DNA of 64,000 bases from Candidatus Udaeobacter sp. (GTDB lineage Bacteria; Verrucomicrobiota; Verrucomicrobiia; Chthoniobacterales; UBA10450), in the NCBI GenBank assembly GCA_036488345.1, contig DASXHS010000079.1, positions 1,092-65,091 on the forward strand. Direction: 5' to 3'. Of the stretch, positions 29,901 through 38,309 are shown in pieces; position 1 is the first letter of the stretch, and each line of letters opens with the position of its first letter. The notes below the pieces were generated by a model, which saw nothing but the letters and a program-made list of their open reading frames with translations, had not been told where the DNA came from and made no database searches. Made by a program: the position numbers and the translations under genes.

Positions 29901-30050
29901 AACGAAATCCGAATGACGAATGACGAATGACGAAAGACGAAGGAAATCCGAATGACTAAATCCGAGACGCTAGAAATCTGGCGAGGTCGTTGTCGGTCAT
30001 TCGAGCTTCGTGCTTCATTCGAGCTTCGTCATTCGAGCTTCGTCATTCTC
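29901..30050. repeat. Family-B composite repeat (aatgacg x3 on the left; cattcgagcttcgt x3 on the right)
   Basis: Left: ccgaatgacgaatgacgaatgacgaaagacgaagg. Right: cattcgagcttcgtgcttcattcgagcttcgtcattcgagcttcgtcattc. It fills the lepA-lepB spacer. Confidence 0.8.
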
Positions 30051-30055
30051 TAACC

Positions 30056-31147
30056 ATGTTTACATCGCGCCATATTAAACACAGCCGGCTGCTTTTGCGG
30101 CACGCCCGGAAGTACCTTCGTTATAAACACGATAAACTCAGTGACGCCGACCGGGAACAAATCGTGTCCGAAATGCAGACGCTTCGGGAATCCATGCGCT
30201 CAAGAGACCGGGAGAAGATTCACGGCGCGGCGGAAACACTTGATAAGACGCTGCACAAACTCACACCAGTCACGTGGGAATCGCATTGGCGAGAAAACTG
30301 CGAAGTGATTTTGGTTGCGATCGTGATCGCGGTGGGGATTCGCTCCTATTTCCTGCAGCCGTTCAAAATTCCCACCGGCTCAATGCAACCGACGTTAAAC
30401 GGAATTATCGGTCATCCGAGTACTGAGCCGAAGCCAAATTTTCTGCGACAGATCGTGGAATTTGTTCTTCTGGGTCGTAATTACATCGACGTGGTGTCGC
30501 GCGAGGATGACCAGATTTCCGAGATCGTGCCTAAGAAAGTAGGGTTCTTTTTTACTTTTTCGCGCCTCGTATGTGAGCGGCAAAGTTTCCTCGTATACGC
30601 TCCGCCCGACACGCTTCGTCAGGATTTCAATGTCTTGCCAGGCCGGATTTGTCATCGCGGCGAAGTTATCGCACGGGGGGCGATCGACACGGGCGACCAG
30701 GTGTTTGTCGATAAATGCAGCTACAACTTTGTTAAACCGCATAACGGGGATGTTTTTGTCTTCAGGACAAATAATATTCCGGCGATTCGTCCGGACCCCA
30801 TCGCCGGAGCGCCTTTTTATATTAAACGATTGGCCGGTCTGCCTGGCGACCAGTTGCGCATTGATTCGCCATTTCTTTACATCAACGGCAAAAAAGCCCA
30901 GCGCTACGGCTTCGAACGAGTGATGTCGATGCGACCGCCGTACCGCGGTTATGCGCCCGGTCACGAGTATTTGGCGAAACCTGATCAGACGTACACGGTG
31001 CCGCGCGACGGTTATTTCGCCATGGGCGATAACAGTTATAACAGCTTCGACAGTCGCTATTGGGGACCGGTGCCAATAGAGAACCTGGTCGGCCGAGGGT
31101 TATTTGTTTACTGGCCGTTTTTCCCACATTGGGGACTTATTCGTTAG
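30056..31147 (+). CDS. lepB: Signal peptidase I
   Basis: IPTGSMQPTL carries the catalytic Ser box, and GDNSYNSFDSRYWGPVP is box E. It lies directly downstream of lepA. The ATG at 30056 avoids translating the repeat. Confidence 0.9.
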   Translation: MFTSRHIKHSRLLLRHARKYLRYKHDKLSDADREQIVSEMQTLRESMRSRDREKIHGAAETLDKTLHKLTPVTWESHWRENCEVILVAIVIAVGIRSYFLQPFKIPTGSMQPTLNGIIGHPSTEPKPNFLRQIVEFVLLGRNYIDVVSREDDQISEIVPKKVGFFFTFSRLVCERQSFLVYAPPDTLRQDFNVLPGRICHRGEVIARGAIDTGDQVFVDKCSYNFVKPHNGDVFVFRTNNIPAIRPDPIAGAPFYIKRLAGLPGDQLRIDSPFLYINGKKAQRYGFERVMSMRPPYRGYAPGHEYLAKPDQTYTVPRDGYFAMGDNSYNSFDSRYWGPVPIENLVGRGLFVYWPFFPHWGLIR

Positions 31148-31162
31148 ACCGGTGACGGAGGA

Positions 31163-32398
31163 ATGGATTGTTGGAGTGATGTTCTGAGTCGCATTACTCC
31201 ATTGCCGATTTCCGTCGAGATGACGCAAGCTTGGCCTGGCATTTACGCTTGGATCGGGGTCTGCGGTGGTTACGCGCTGGTAATGCTTTTTGCTCCGGTG
31301 CGGCGAGCGCTTATCGACGGTCTTCATTGCCTTGGGCGTTACCACCGGATTTGGATCACCTTCGCGGTTCTGGGATTTGGCTACTTCGTCTTTCAGTTTG
31401 TCACTTTCACGCCAATCCGGAACTGGGCGGACTTGGACCTAAACCAAGTCATTTCGTTGCCGCAGTGGACTTGGCCCAGGTTGAGTGAGATATGGACGCA
31501 GACTCTATTGCCCGCGGTCGAGGGCGTTGCGGGAATTTTCGACAACGCCACCACCACATATCCGCTATCCGTCATCGCGGCGATTTTGATGATTGTGAAC
31601 TGGCGCGGATTGCACAGTGCCTTGTTGCGCGCGCTGCGGAAACGGTACGCCTTCTGGGGTTATCTGATTTATTTTATTCTGTTGCTGAGCGCGCTAGCGT
31701 CGCTGCTGAAGCCCATCGTCTTCTGGCAATTACCGGAATGGAGTGGCCTTTTACCTGCAGCTGGACTGCTACGCGTGTCGGCTACAGTTGATGCGACCGC
31801 CTTTATTTTCGAATATCTCGTGGGCGTTTACATCCAGGTTTATCTCATCACTGTGTGTCTGGCTTGGATAAGGGGTTTTAGCTTTGAAGAGGGCGAATTG
31901 TTCCGGTTCGCCATGAGGCGGTTCAGTTATGTGCTGGAATGGGCGGGCATTGTAGTGGCGGTGAGCACGTTAATCCTGCGGTTGCCGCTCGTACTTGCCT
32001 ACTTCATCGAAATCCCACGAGTCCTCGATTACCTGCCTATTGCGAGGGTTCTCATGAGCGGGTTGATTATCGCGTTTTGTTCGGTCCAAATCTCGCTGGT
32101 GCTGCACAACGAAACACTGATTGCAGCGATACGCGCACACATTTATTTCATCCAACAAAATGCCGGTCGTCTCGCATGGTTTCTGGTGATTTGCGGGATA
32201 CACTTTTATGGCATCATGGCGTGCGACGCCATGGTGCGCGGTGCAATCGGCGATCGATTGGGCGCGCTGTTGCTGTGGAAATTCAGTTTCGCCTGCCTGC
32301 GGGGTCTGGTCACGGGCTGGCTATTGGCTTCATGGGTGTGCCTGTTTCGGCAATGCGAAACAAGGAGAATTCAGCAGGAGAAATGGATTCAATATTGA
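31163..32398 (+). CDS. Polytopic membrane protein of unknown function (about 9-10 predicted TM helices)
   Basis: 411-aa ORF that is highly hydrophobic. I recognise no family motif. It starts 16 nt downstream of lepB. Confidence 0.6.
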   Translation: MDCWSDVLSRITPLPISVEMTQAWPGIYAWIGVCGGYALVMLFAPVRRALIDGLHCLGRYHRIWITFAVLGFGYFVFQFVTFTPIRNWADLDLNQVISLPQWTWPRLSEIWTQTLLPAVEGVAGIFDNATTTYPLSVIAAILMIVNWRGLHSALLRALRKRYAFWGYLIYFILLLSALASLLKPIVFWQLPEWSGLLPAAGLLRVSATVDATAFIFEYLVGVYIQVYLITVCLAWIRGFSFEEGELFRFAMRRFSYVLEWAGIVVAVSTLILRLPLVLAYFIEIPRVLDYLPIARVLMSGLIIAFCSVQISLVLHNETLIAAIRAHIYFIQQNAGRLAWFLVICGIHFYGIMACDAMVRGAIGDRLGALLLWKFSFACLRGLVTGWLLASWVCLFRQCETRRIQQEKWIQY

Positions 32399-32423
32399 CG
32401 AAGCAGATTACGAGAGGACGAAC

Positions 32424-33272
32424 GTGAATGCGGCAGCCATCACGCGCCAGAGCAAATCAAATCTGGCCCTGGCTTTTGTTTCGTTAGGCCGCGAGCGCAA
32501 ACGCGACATCACGATTTTCTACGCGTTCTGCCGTGTCGTCGATGACATTGCGGATTCGACGGAAGTAAGCGTCAGCGAGAAACGAGAGCGTTTGGCGAAT
32601 TGGCGCCGAATGCTTCGCACGGGCGTTCCAGACGAGCCGCCGCTCGCGCGCGATGTGCGGCAATTGATGCACAAATATTCGCTTCCACCGGACATGCTCG
32701 AGGAAATCATCGCCGGAGTAGAAATGGATTTGAGCATTGCGCGATATCCCACCTTTGACGCGCTTCGTGTCTATTGTTACCGGGTCGCCAGCGCAGTTGG
32801 GCTGGTCAGCATCGAGATCTTCGGTTATCGCAACCCGCGTTGCCGGGAATACGCAATCGAGCTCGGACTTGCGTTGCAAATGACGAATATAATTCGGGAT
32901 GTGTGGAAGGATTTTCAGGCCGGGCGCATTTACCTGCCACACGAGGATCTGGTGCGGTTCCACTATTCCGAAGCTGATCTGGCGAAACGACAATACAACG
33001 AGCAATTCATCCAGTTGATGCAATTCGAAGCGTCGCGCGCGCGTGAATTCTTTAGCCGCGCGGCAGCTGAACTTCCGCCTGAGGATTGCCGGGCGATGGC
33101 GCCTGCAGAGATCATGCGCTCCATTTACTGTGCGCTGCTTCGGCGAATTGAACTGGACAACTTTCGTGTTTTCGAAAAAGAATATCGGTTAAGCAAGCCG
33201 GAGAAGGCAGGCCGGATCACGGCGCAGTTGTTCAAATCTTTTTTGAATTGGCCGCGTCGAGCATCCGTCTGA
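32424..33272 (+). CDS. Squalene/phytoene synthase family protein (HpnD-like presqualene diphosphate synthase)
   Basis: The first Asp-rich motif is YAFCRVVDDIAD and the second region is NIIRDVWKDFQAGRIYLP. The GTG at 32424 is preceded by gagagg with a 6-nt spacer. The track start at 32208 overlaps the upstream gene. Confidence 0.75.
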   Translation: MNAAAITRQSKSNLALAFVSLGRERKRDITIFYAFCRVVDDIADSTEVSVSEKRERLANWRRMLRTGVPDEPPLARDVRQLMHKYSLPPDMLEEIIAGVEMDLSIARYPTFDALRVYCYRVASAVGLVSIEIFGYRNPRCREYAIELGLALQMTNIIRDVWKDFQAGRIYLPHEDLVRFHYSEADLAKRQYNEQFIQLMQFEASRAREFFSRAAAELPPEDCRAMAPAEIMRSIYCALLRRIELDNFRVFEKEYRLSKPEKAGRITAQLFKSFLNWPRRASV

Positions 33273-33307
33273 GTTCCTGGCTGCGAAATATTACCAAGAA
33301 CAAACCT

Positions 33308-33649
33308 ATGAAAAACAAATCTCTAAAAATTCTGTCGGCGATCACGATTGCATTGGGTGTGCTCGGCACAAACCTGTACGCGCAAGGCACGGACTCGCGC
33401 ATAGGCAGTATTGCGCGTGAAAGGCAGGAAAAGCAGGCGATTGAAGCTACACCGCTCACGAAAGCAGATGCTCAGAAGAAATATCCGATAAAGTCAGGAA
33501 GTTATCCACTCGGCACTCGCGACGCGCATGATCCTTCCGGCATTGTTTCCAGCCCATATCCGCCGCATGAAAAGTACAACTGCTCGAAGGTTAACCACGG
33601 CGGGTTGGTCCTCGACGTGCATGCGAAGCAAGTATTTGTATATCCCTGA
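33308..33649 (+). CDS. Small exported protein with the shared C-terminal SPY...G..V.D...F..P motif (P1)
   Basis: The signal peptide is MKNKSLKILSAITIALGVLGTNLYAQG. The C-terminus is GIVSSPYPPHEKYNCSKVNHGGLVLDVHAKQVFVYP. Confidence 0.6.
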   Translation: MKNKSLKILSAITIALGVLGTNLYAQGTDSRIGSIARERQEKQAIEATPLTKADAQKKYPIKSGSYPLGTRDAHDPSGIVSSPYPPHEKYNCSKVNHGGLVLDVHAKQVFVYP

Positions 33650-33738
33650 CATCGATCCGGCCAGCTAAAGGCTGTCTGGATACGGCTCCGCAACTTCAGG
33701 GCGGCTGCGCAGTTTAATCGCGCGAATTAAATTGGCGT

Positions 33739-34128
33739 ATGCGAATAAAGATTCTGACGATTGTACCGATCATTGCGATGGGTTGCTGCATTCTGAGTTC
33801 GTGTGACACGCCGGTTGGCCAAGGTGCAGCGTGGGGCGCCGCCACGGGGGCCTTCATCGGTGCTGCGGCAACTGGAAATGTCCGGGCGGCGTCAATCGGC
33901 GCAGCGGCCGGAGCGGCAGCCGGCGCTTTAACCGGGAAGATTATCCAGGAGAATCAAGCTGCGGGATATGGGCCGCCGCCGCCGGGTGGTTATCCTTGTG
34001 CGCGATGGGCGGGAAGATCAGGGTTTTTCTACAGCCCTTATACAGATCGCGTCTACGATCTACGCGGCGTGCCGCCCGGTGGACTTACGCGCGACGTTGA
34101 TACGGGTCGCCTTTTCCGCAGGCCATAA
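33739..34128 (+). CDS. Lipoprotein with a glycine-zipper segment and the shared C-terminal motif (P2)
   Basis: It has the lipobox ILSSC and the Gly-zipper GAAWGAATGAFIGAAATG...GAAAGAAAGALTG. The C-terminus is GFFYSPYTDRVYDLRGVPPGGLTRDVDTGRLFRRP. Confidence 0.65.
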   Translation: MRIKILTIVPIIAMGCCILSSCDTPVGQGAAWGAATGAFIGAAATGNVRAASIGAAAGAAAGALTGKIIQENQAAGYGPPPPGGYPCARWAGRSGFFYSPYTDRVYDLRGVPPGGLTRDVDTGRLFRRP

Positions 34129-34159
34129 TAGAGACGCCCCGCTCCGCGCTTGATTGTTT

Positions 34160-35629
34160 TCACCGCGCTTGCGCTTGGAGTTTGTCGACCAGCGCTCGCG
34201 CTTCATCCGTCATGTTTAGTAATTCCGGCCACGGTCGGTGATAATTTTCGCCTGGTAATTTGCGGGTCGCGTCAAAGCCCATGTGCGAACCGATGTTCTG
34301 CTCGCTCGGAGCGTGATCGAGGGAGTCGCTTGGATTTTTGATTACGGTTGTGTCGCGGGCGGGATCGGTGTTCGCGCACAATCGAAAAAGCACCTCGCTC
34401 GTGTTATGCACATCGCAATCTTCGTCCACTGCAATGATGTACTTGCTGAACATCATTTGTCCCATCCCCCACAGTCCATGCATCACCTTAAAGGCCTGAT
34501 AGGGGTATTGCTTCCGGATGCTCACAAATACCAGATTGTGGAACACCCCTTCGGGTGGCAACGTTATATCCACAATCTCTGGGAAATTCATCTTGAACAC
34601 CGGCAGAAGAATTCGAACGGACGCGTCGCCGATGTAGAAATCTTCCATTGGCGGTTTGCCGACGATCGTTGTCGGATAAATCGCATCCCGCCGGTGCGTG
34701 ATCGCGGTCAGATGGAAAACGGGGTAATTTTCGACTGCGGTGTAAAATCCGGTGTGATCGCCAAACGGCCCTTCCGGGCGCATGTCGCCTGGTTGCACAT
34801 AGCCTTCCAAGACAAAGTCGACGTCCGCCGGTACCTCCAAGTCGATCGTCTTGCAGCGAACCAGCTCAATTGATTTTCTTCGCAGAAATCCGGCAAATAA
34901 CAGTTCGTCCAAACCGTCCGGCAACGGTGCAGTTGCCGCGAATGTGTAAACCGGATCGCCACCTAGCGTGACAGCCACTGGCATCCGCTCGCCGCGTTCA
35001 TAATAGCGTTTGCCGTGGCGCGCGCCGACTTTATGAAGTTGCCAATGCATCCCAGTCGTGTGCTCGTCGTACACTTGCATTCGGTAAATGCCCACATTGC
35101 GCGCACCGGTTTCCGGATCGCGCGTATGTACATTTGGCAGGGTGACGAACCGACCGCCATCTTTAGGCCAGCATTTGAGGATAGGGAGATCGAGCAACGA
35201 AAAACCGTCGCCAGGCTCGATTTCATGCGCCACTTCCTGGCACGGCGCGTCGCGCACTGATTTCGGCCGCGCATGCAGCAGGTGAATTCCTTGTTTAAGT
35301 AGATTCCAGCCTTCGCGCAGATCCGTGGGCGGCTTTGCTTTCAGGATGAGCTGAATTTCGCGCGCGACATCTTCAACGTCGGAAACTTTTAACGCCATCG
35401 CCATGCGGCGGCGCGATCCCATGGTGTTAATGGCAACCGGAAATTCCGATTTTTTTCCATCCACAATAGGTTGCTCGAACAACAAAGCTTTTCCGCCGCC
35501 TGGCGATTTCATCTCGCGGTCCGCCCATTCGGCAACGAGAAGTTCGGTATCGACAGGGATTGTGACGCGCTTCAGTTCGCCCGCTTGTTCAAGAGCATCG
35601 AGGAACTGTCGAAATGAGCGGTAAGCCAT
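34160..35629 (-). CDS. UbiD-family (prenylated-FMN-dependent) decarboxylase, menaquinone/ubiquinone biosynthesis type
   Basis: 489 aa. The N-terminus MAYRSFRQFLDALEQAGELKRV and overall length are typical of UbiD. Confidence 0.85.
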   Translation of the reverse strand: MAYRSFRQFLDALEQAGELKRVTIPVDTELLVAEWADREMKSPGGGKALLFEQPIVDGKKSEFPVAINTMGSRRRMAMALKVSDVEDVAREIQLILKAKPPTDLREGWNLLKQGIHLLHARPKSVRDAPCQEVAHEIEPGDGFSLLDLPILKCWPKDGGRFVTLPNVHTRDPETGARNVGIYRMQVYDEHTTGMHWQLHKVGARHGKRYYERGERMPVAVTLGGDPVYTFAATAPLPDGLDELLFAGFLRRKSIELVRCKTIDLEVPADVDFVLEGYVQPGDMRPEGPFGDHTGFYTAVENYPVFHLTAITHRRDAIYPTTIVGKPPMEDFYIGDASVRILLPVFKMNFPEIVDITLPPEGVFHNLVFVSIRKQYPYQAFKVMHGLWGMGQMMFSKYIIAVDEDCDVHNTSEVLFRLCANTDPARDTTVIKNPSDSLDHAPSEQNIGSHMGFDATRKLPGENYHRPWPELLNMTDEARALVDKLQAQAR

Positions 35630-35693
35630 GGATCAGACCCGCGGAATACTCATCCGTCACGTGCCACAACGCGACAGAATTTTTTGATCGGAT

Positions 35694-36134
35694 CTAGTGC
35701 GACGTGACGTATTGGAAGGATACCGCTTTGCCGCGCGCGAAAGTAACGAGCTTACCAGGATAAGGGATGCTTGGCGGGAACCACGAATAACAAAACGGAT
35801 TGTACAAAGGCGCCCCGAAATATTCGTCTAATGGTTCATAGGGGTAATACGGGTAGTTGGCGTAATAAGTGTAAACCCACGTCTCCGTAGTACCGCCGCC
35901 CATGTTGCCGATAATTTTTCGATCAGACGAACCCCATGCCAGCCACACGGCAGTTCGTGACATACCAATGCGAATTTGTCCCTGGTTTACCAGCGCCTGG
36001 TCTCTGTGTGAAATACTCTGGTAAAGATCTGGATGTTCAGAAATTCGCGTTTGGGACGTTGAACAACTAGTGAGAACGAGCGTGCCCGCCGCGACAACCA
36101 ACGTCGATGCACAAAGGACAGAGCGACGCTTCAT
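35694..36134 (-). CDS. Lipoprotein, BamE/SmpA_OmlA-like segment; paralog A
   Basis: It has the lipobox LTSC and the sequence HPDLYQSISHRDQALVNQGQIRIGMSRTAVWLAWGSSD. It is clearly homologous to the upstream neighbour. Confidence 0.65.
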   Translation of the reverse strand: MKRRSVLCASTLVVAAGTLVLTSCSTSQTRISEHPDLYQSISHRDQALVNQGQIRIGMSRTAVWLAWGSSDRKIIGNMGGGTTETWVYTYYANYPYYPYEPLDEYFGAPLYNPFCYSWFPPSIPYPGKLVTFARGKAVSFQYVTSH

Positions 36135-36183
36135 GCCGCGAGGAAATCATACCGACCACCGATTTGGCAACGCCAAACTCCAG

Positions 36184-36600
36184 TTACGGCGGAGTGAGAT
36201 ATCGGAAGAACACAACTCTGCCGTTGGCGAAGGTGACGCCTCTGGACGGGCGCACGAACTTTGGCGGGATATACGTCCAGTCGAATGGCCCATAAGAGTA
36301 CGGTCCGCCGTAACTTGGAGGCGTTTCGTAGCGTAGATAGACCCACGTTTCAGTAGCGCGACCATTCATGTTGTTAGGTATCTTTTGATCGGGTGTGCCC
36401 CACGCCAGCCACACCGCGTTCATGGTCATCCCGGGGCTAATCTGTCCCTGGCTGACCAATGCCTGGTCTCTCGGCGAGAGGCTCTGATACATTTCCGGAT
36501 GTTGTGAAACACGATACGAAGTAGTTCCACAACCGCTGAAAATCAGCACCCCAGCGCTTATCGCGAACGTTAATGCGATACGCGCCATCCAACCTTGCAT
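36184..36600 (-). CDS. Lipoprotein, BamE/SmpA_OmlA-like segment; paralog B
   Basis: It has the lipobox FSGC and the sequence HPEMYQSLSPRDQALVSQGQISPGMTMNAVWLAWGTPD. Confidence 0.65.
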   Translation of the reverse strand: MQGWMARIALTFAISAGVLIFSGCGTTSYRVSQHPEMYQSLSPRDQALVSQGQISPGMTMNAVWLAWGTPDQKIPNNMNGRATETWVYLRYETPPSYGGPYSYGPFDWTYIPPKFVRPSRGVTFANGRVVFFRYLTPP

Positions 36601-36685
36601 TTGGTACGATGATGCGTCGGCCCTCTTGCGTCAACGAATGAGGTTGGTTGATTCACTGTCGCGTCCCCAGTAACATGTCGCTGCA

Positions 36686-37687
36686 ATGCAGGACCGTTAC
36701 GGCCACCGGATTTCTTATCTCCGCGTCTCGATCACGGACCGTTGTAACGAGCGATGTGGCTATTGCATGCCGCAGGAATTGCAGGAGTGGTTGCCGTGCC
36801 ACGAAATCTTGACCTACGAAGAAACCCTGCGGCTCATTCGTATTGCAGCCGAGCTTGGCGTCTCGAAAGTGCGAATTACTGGTGGTGAACCGCTGACACG
36901 GCGGGGAATACTCGATTTCGTTCGACAAATTCCTGAGATTCCCAGGATCACAAGTATCGGTGTTTCGACGAACGGGACTTTGCTCGCACGCGAAGTCACG
37001 CCGGGCACAACAATGGCCGAAGCGCTGCGCGATGCGGGTGTGCAGTCGGTGAATATTTCACTCGATACCCTCGATGCCGCCGTGTATTCGCAGATCACGG
37101 GTCGGGATTTCCATGCGCAGGCGCTTGATGGAGTTGACGCGGCGATCGCCGCAGGGTTTGACCAGATCAAACTCAACGCAGTCCTCATGCGAGGGCGGAA
37201 TGAAGATCAACTGCTGCCACTAATCGAATTCGCTGCGGCGCGAAATCTTCTGCTTCGGTTTATTGAATTGATGCCGGTGAGCACCACCGAAGTTCTAAGC
37301 GAGAGTAATTTTATGTCGGTAACGGAAGCGAAGCGGTTGGTCGAATCGGCTTACGGGAGTCTGATTCCGGAGACGGAGTTTCGCACGAATGGTCCAGCCA
37401 CTTACTACCAGATTCCGGGGCGCGCCCAGCGTGTAGGTTTCATCGGTGCGATGACGAACATGCATTTCTGCGAGAGCTGCAACAAACTGCGGCTCACGTG
37501 CGATGGAAAGTTGCGGCCATGCCTTGGCAGCTATTTGGAGTTTGACATCATGAGCCCGTTGCGGTCCGGGGCGAGCGATGAACAGCTCAAGCAGTTTTTT
37601 CTCAACGTGGTCGAACGAAAGCCGCAGGAACACGATTTTAGAAACAGTTACCAGCCCAATCGCAAGATGATTGCCATTGGCGGGTGA
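36686..37687 (+). CDS. moaA: GTP 3',8-cyclase MoaA (radical SAM)
   Basis: YLRVSITDRCNERCGYCMP carries the CxxxCxxC motif. The C-terminal cluster is CESCNKLRLTCDGKLRPCL. Confidence 0.92.
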   Translation: MQDRYGHRISYLRVSITDRCNERCGYCMPQELQEWLPCHEILTYEETLRLIRIAAELGVSKVRITGGEPLTRRGILDFVRQIPEIPRITSIGVSTNGTLLAREVTPGTTMAEALRDAGVQSVNISLDTLDAAVYSQITGRDFHAQALDGVDAAIAAGFDQIKLNAVLMRGRNEDQLLPLIEFAAARNLLLRFIELMPVSTTEVLSESNFMSVTEAKRLVESAYGSLIPETEFRTNGPATYYQIPGRAQRVGFIGAMTNMHFCESCNKLRLTCDGKLRPCLGSYLEFDIMSPLRSGASDEQLKQFFLNVVERKPQEHDFRNSYQPNRKMIAIGG

Positions 37688-37695
37688 GCAGTCCG

Positions 37696-37789
37696 TGTCA
37701 TGTCGAGCGAAGTCGAGACACCCCGTCGCATTAACCTCGGTGACGCCGCGGGATTCCTCGACTTCGCTTCGCTCCGCTCGGAATGACAG
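37696..37789. repeat. Family-A MITE-like element inserted between moaA and moaC
   Basis: The left arm tgtcatgtcgagcgaagtcgagacacc faces the right arm gggattcctcgacttcgcttcgctccgctcggaatgacag. It ends 10 nt before the moaC ATG. Confidence 0.8.
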
Positions 37790-37798
37790 GCCAATAAA

Positions 37799-38293
37799 AT
37801 GAAAAAACTCACTCACATCGACTTCGATGGTCGCGCGCAAATGGTGGATGTTTCAGGGAAGCCGCTCAGTAAAAGAAAAGCCGCTGCACGCGGAAGGATT
37901 CGGCTCCAGCGAGAAACACTCAATCTCATCGCAAGCGATCAAATCGCCAAAGGCAATGTTTTTGGGACCGCGCGCATTGCCGGAATCCAGGCCGCCAAGC
38001 AAACTGCGCAGCTCATCCCGCTTTGCCATACTCTGCCGCTCGGCCAGGTAGACGTTGATATCGTTGCTTCACAGGACGGTGCGGAAGTGAAATGCACTGC
38101 ACAGACAGTTGCGCAAACGGGAGTCGAGATGGAAGCACTGGTCGGCGTTACCGTAGCATTGCTGACGATTTACGACATGTGCAAGGCGGTAGACAAACAC
38201 ATGATCGTTTCCGACGTGCAATTGCTTCAGAAAACGAAAAGCACTGTAACGGGTGTCTACGACCGCCACAGCGAAAGAACGCGCCGCTCATAG
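37799..38293 (+). CDS. moaC: Cyclic pyranopterin monophosphate synthase MoaC
   Basis: The sequence contains MVDVSGKP, KGNVFGTARIAGIQAAKQTAQLIPLCH and YDMCKAVDK. Confidence 0.92.
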   Translation: MKKLTHIDFDGRAQMVDVSGKPLSKRKAAARGRIRLQRETLNLIASDQIAKGNVFGTARIAGIQAAKQTAQLIPLCHTLPLGQVDVDIVASQDGAEVKCTAQTVAQTGVEMEALVGVTVALLTIYDMCKAVDKHMIVSDVQLLQKTKSTVTGVYDRHSERTRRS

Positions 38294-38309
38294 CGACGCA
38301 GCTACAAGC

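Noticed and set aside
36601-36685. A Moco riboswitch upstream of moaA.
   Set aside because: The leader is only 85 nt, is shared with a divergent gene, and shows no recognisable conserved Moco-motif helices by eye. A covariance-model scan would be needed to exclude it fully.
37295-37840. A 181-aa minus-strand ORF containing SFRAERSEVEESRG.
   Set aside because: It reads through the family-A repeat and antisense to the moaA 3' end. The peptide is repeat-derived, not a gene.
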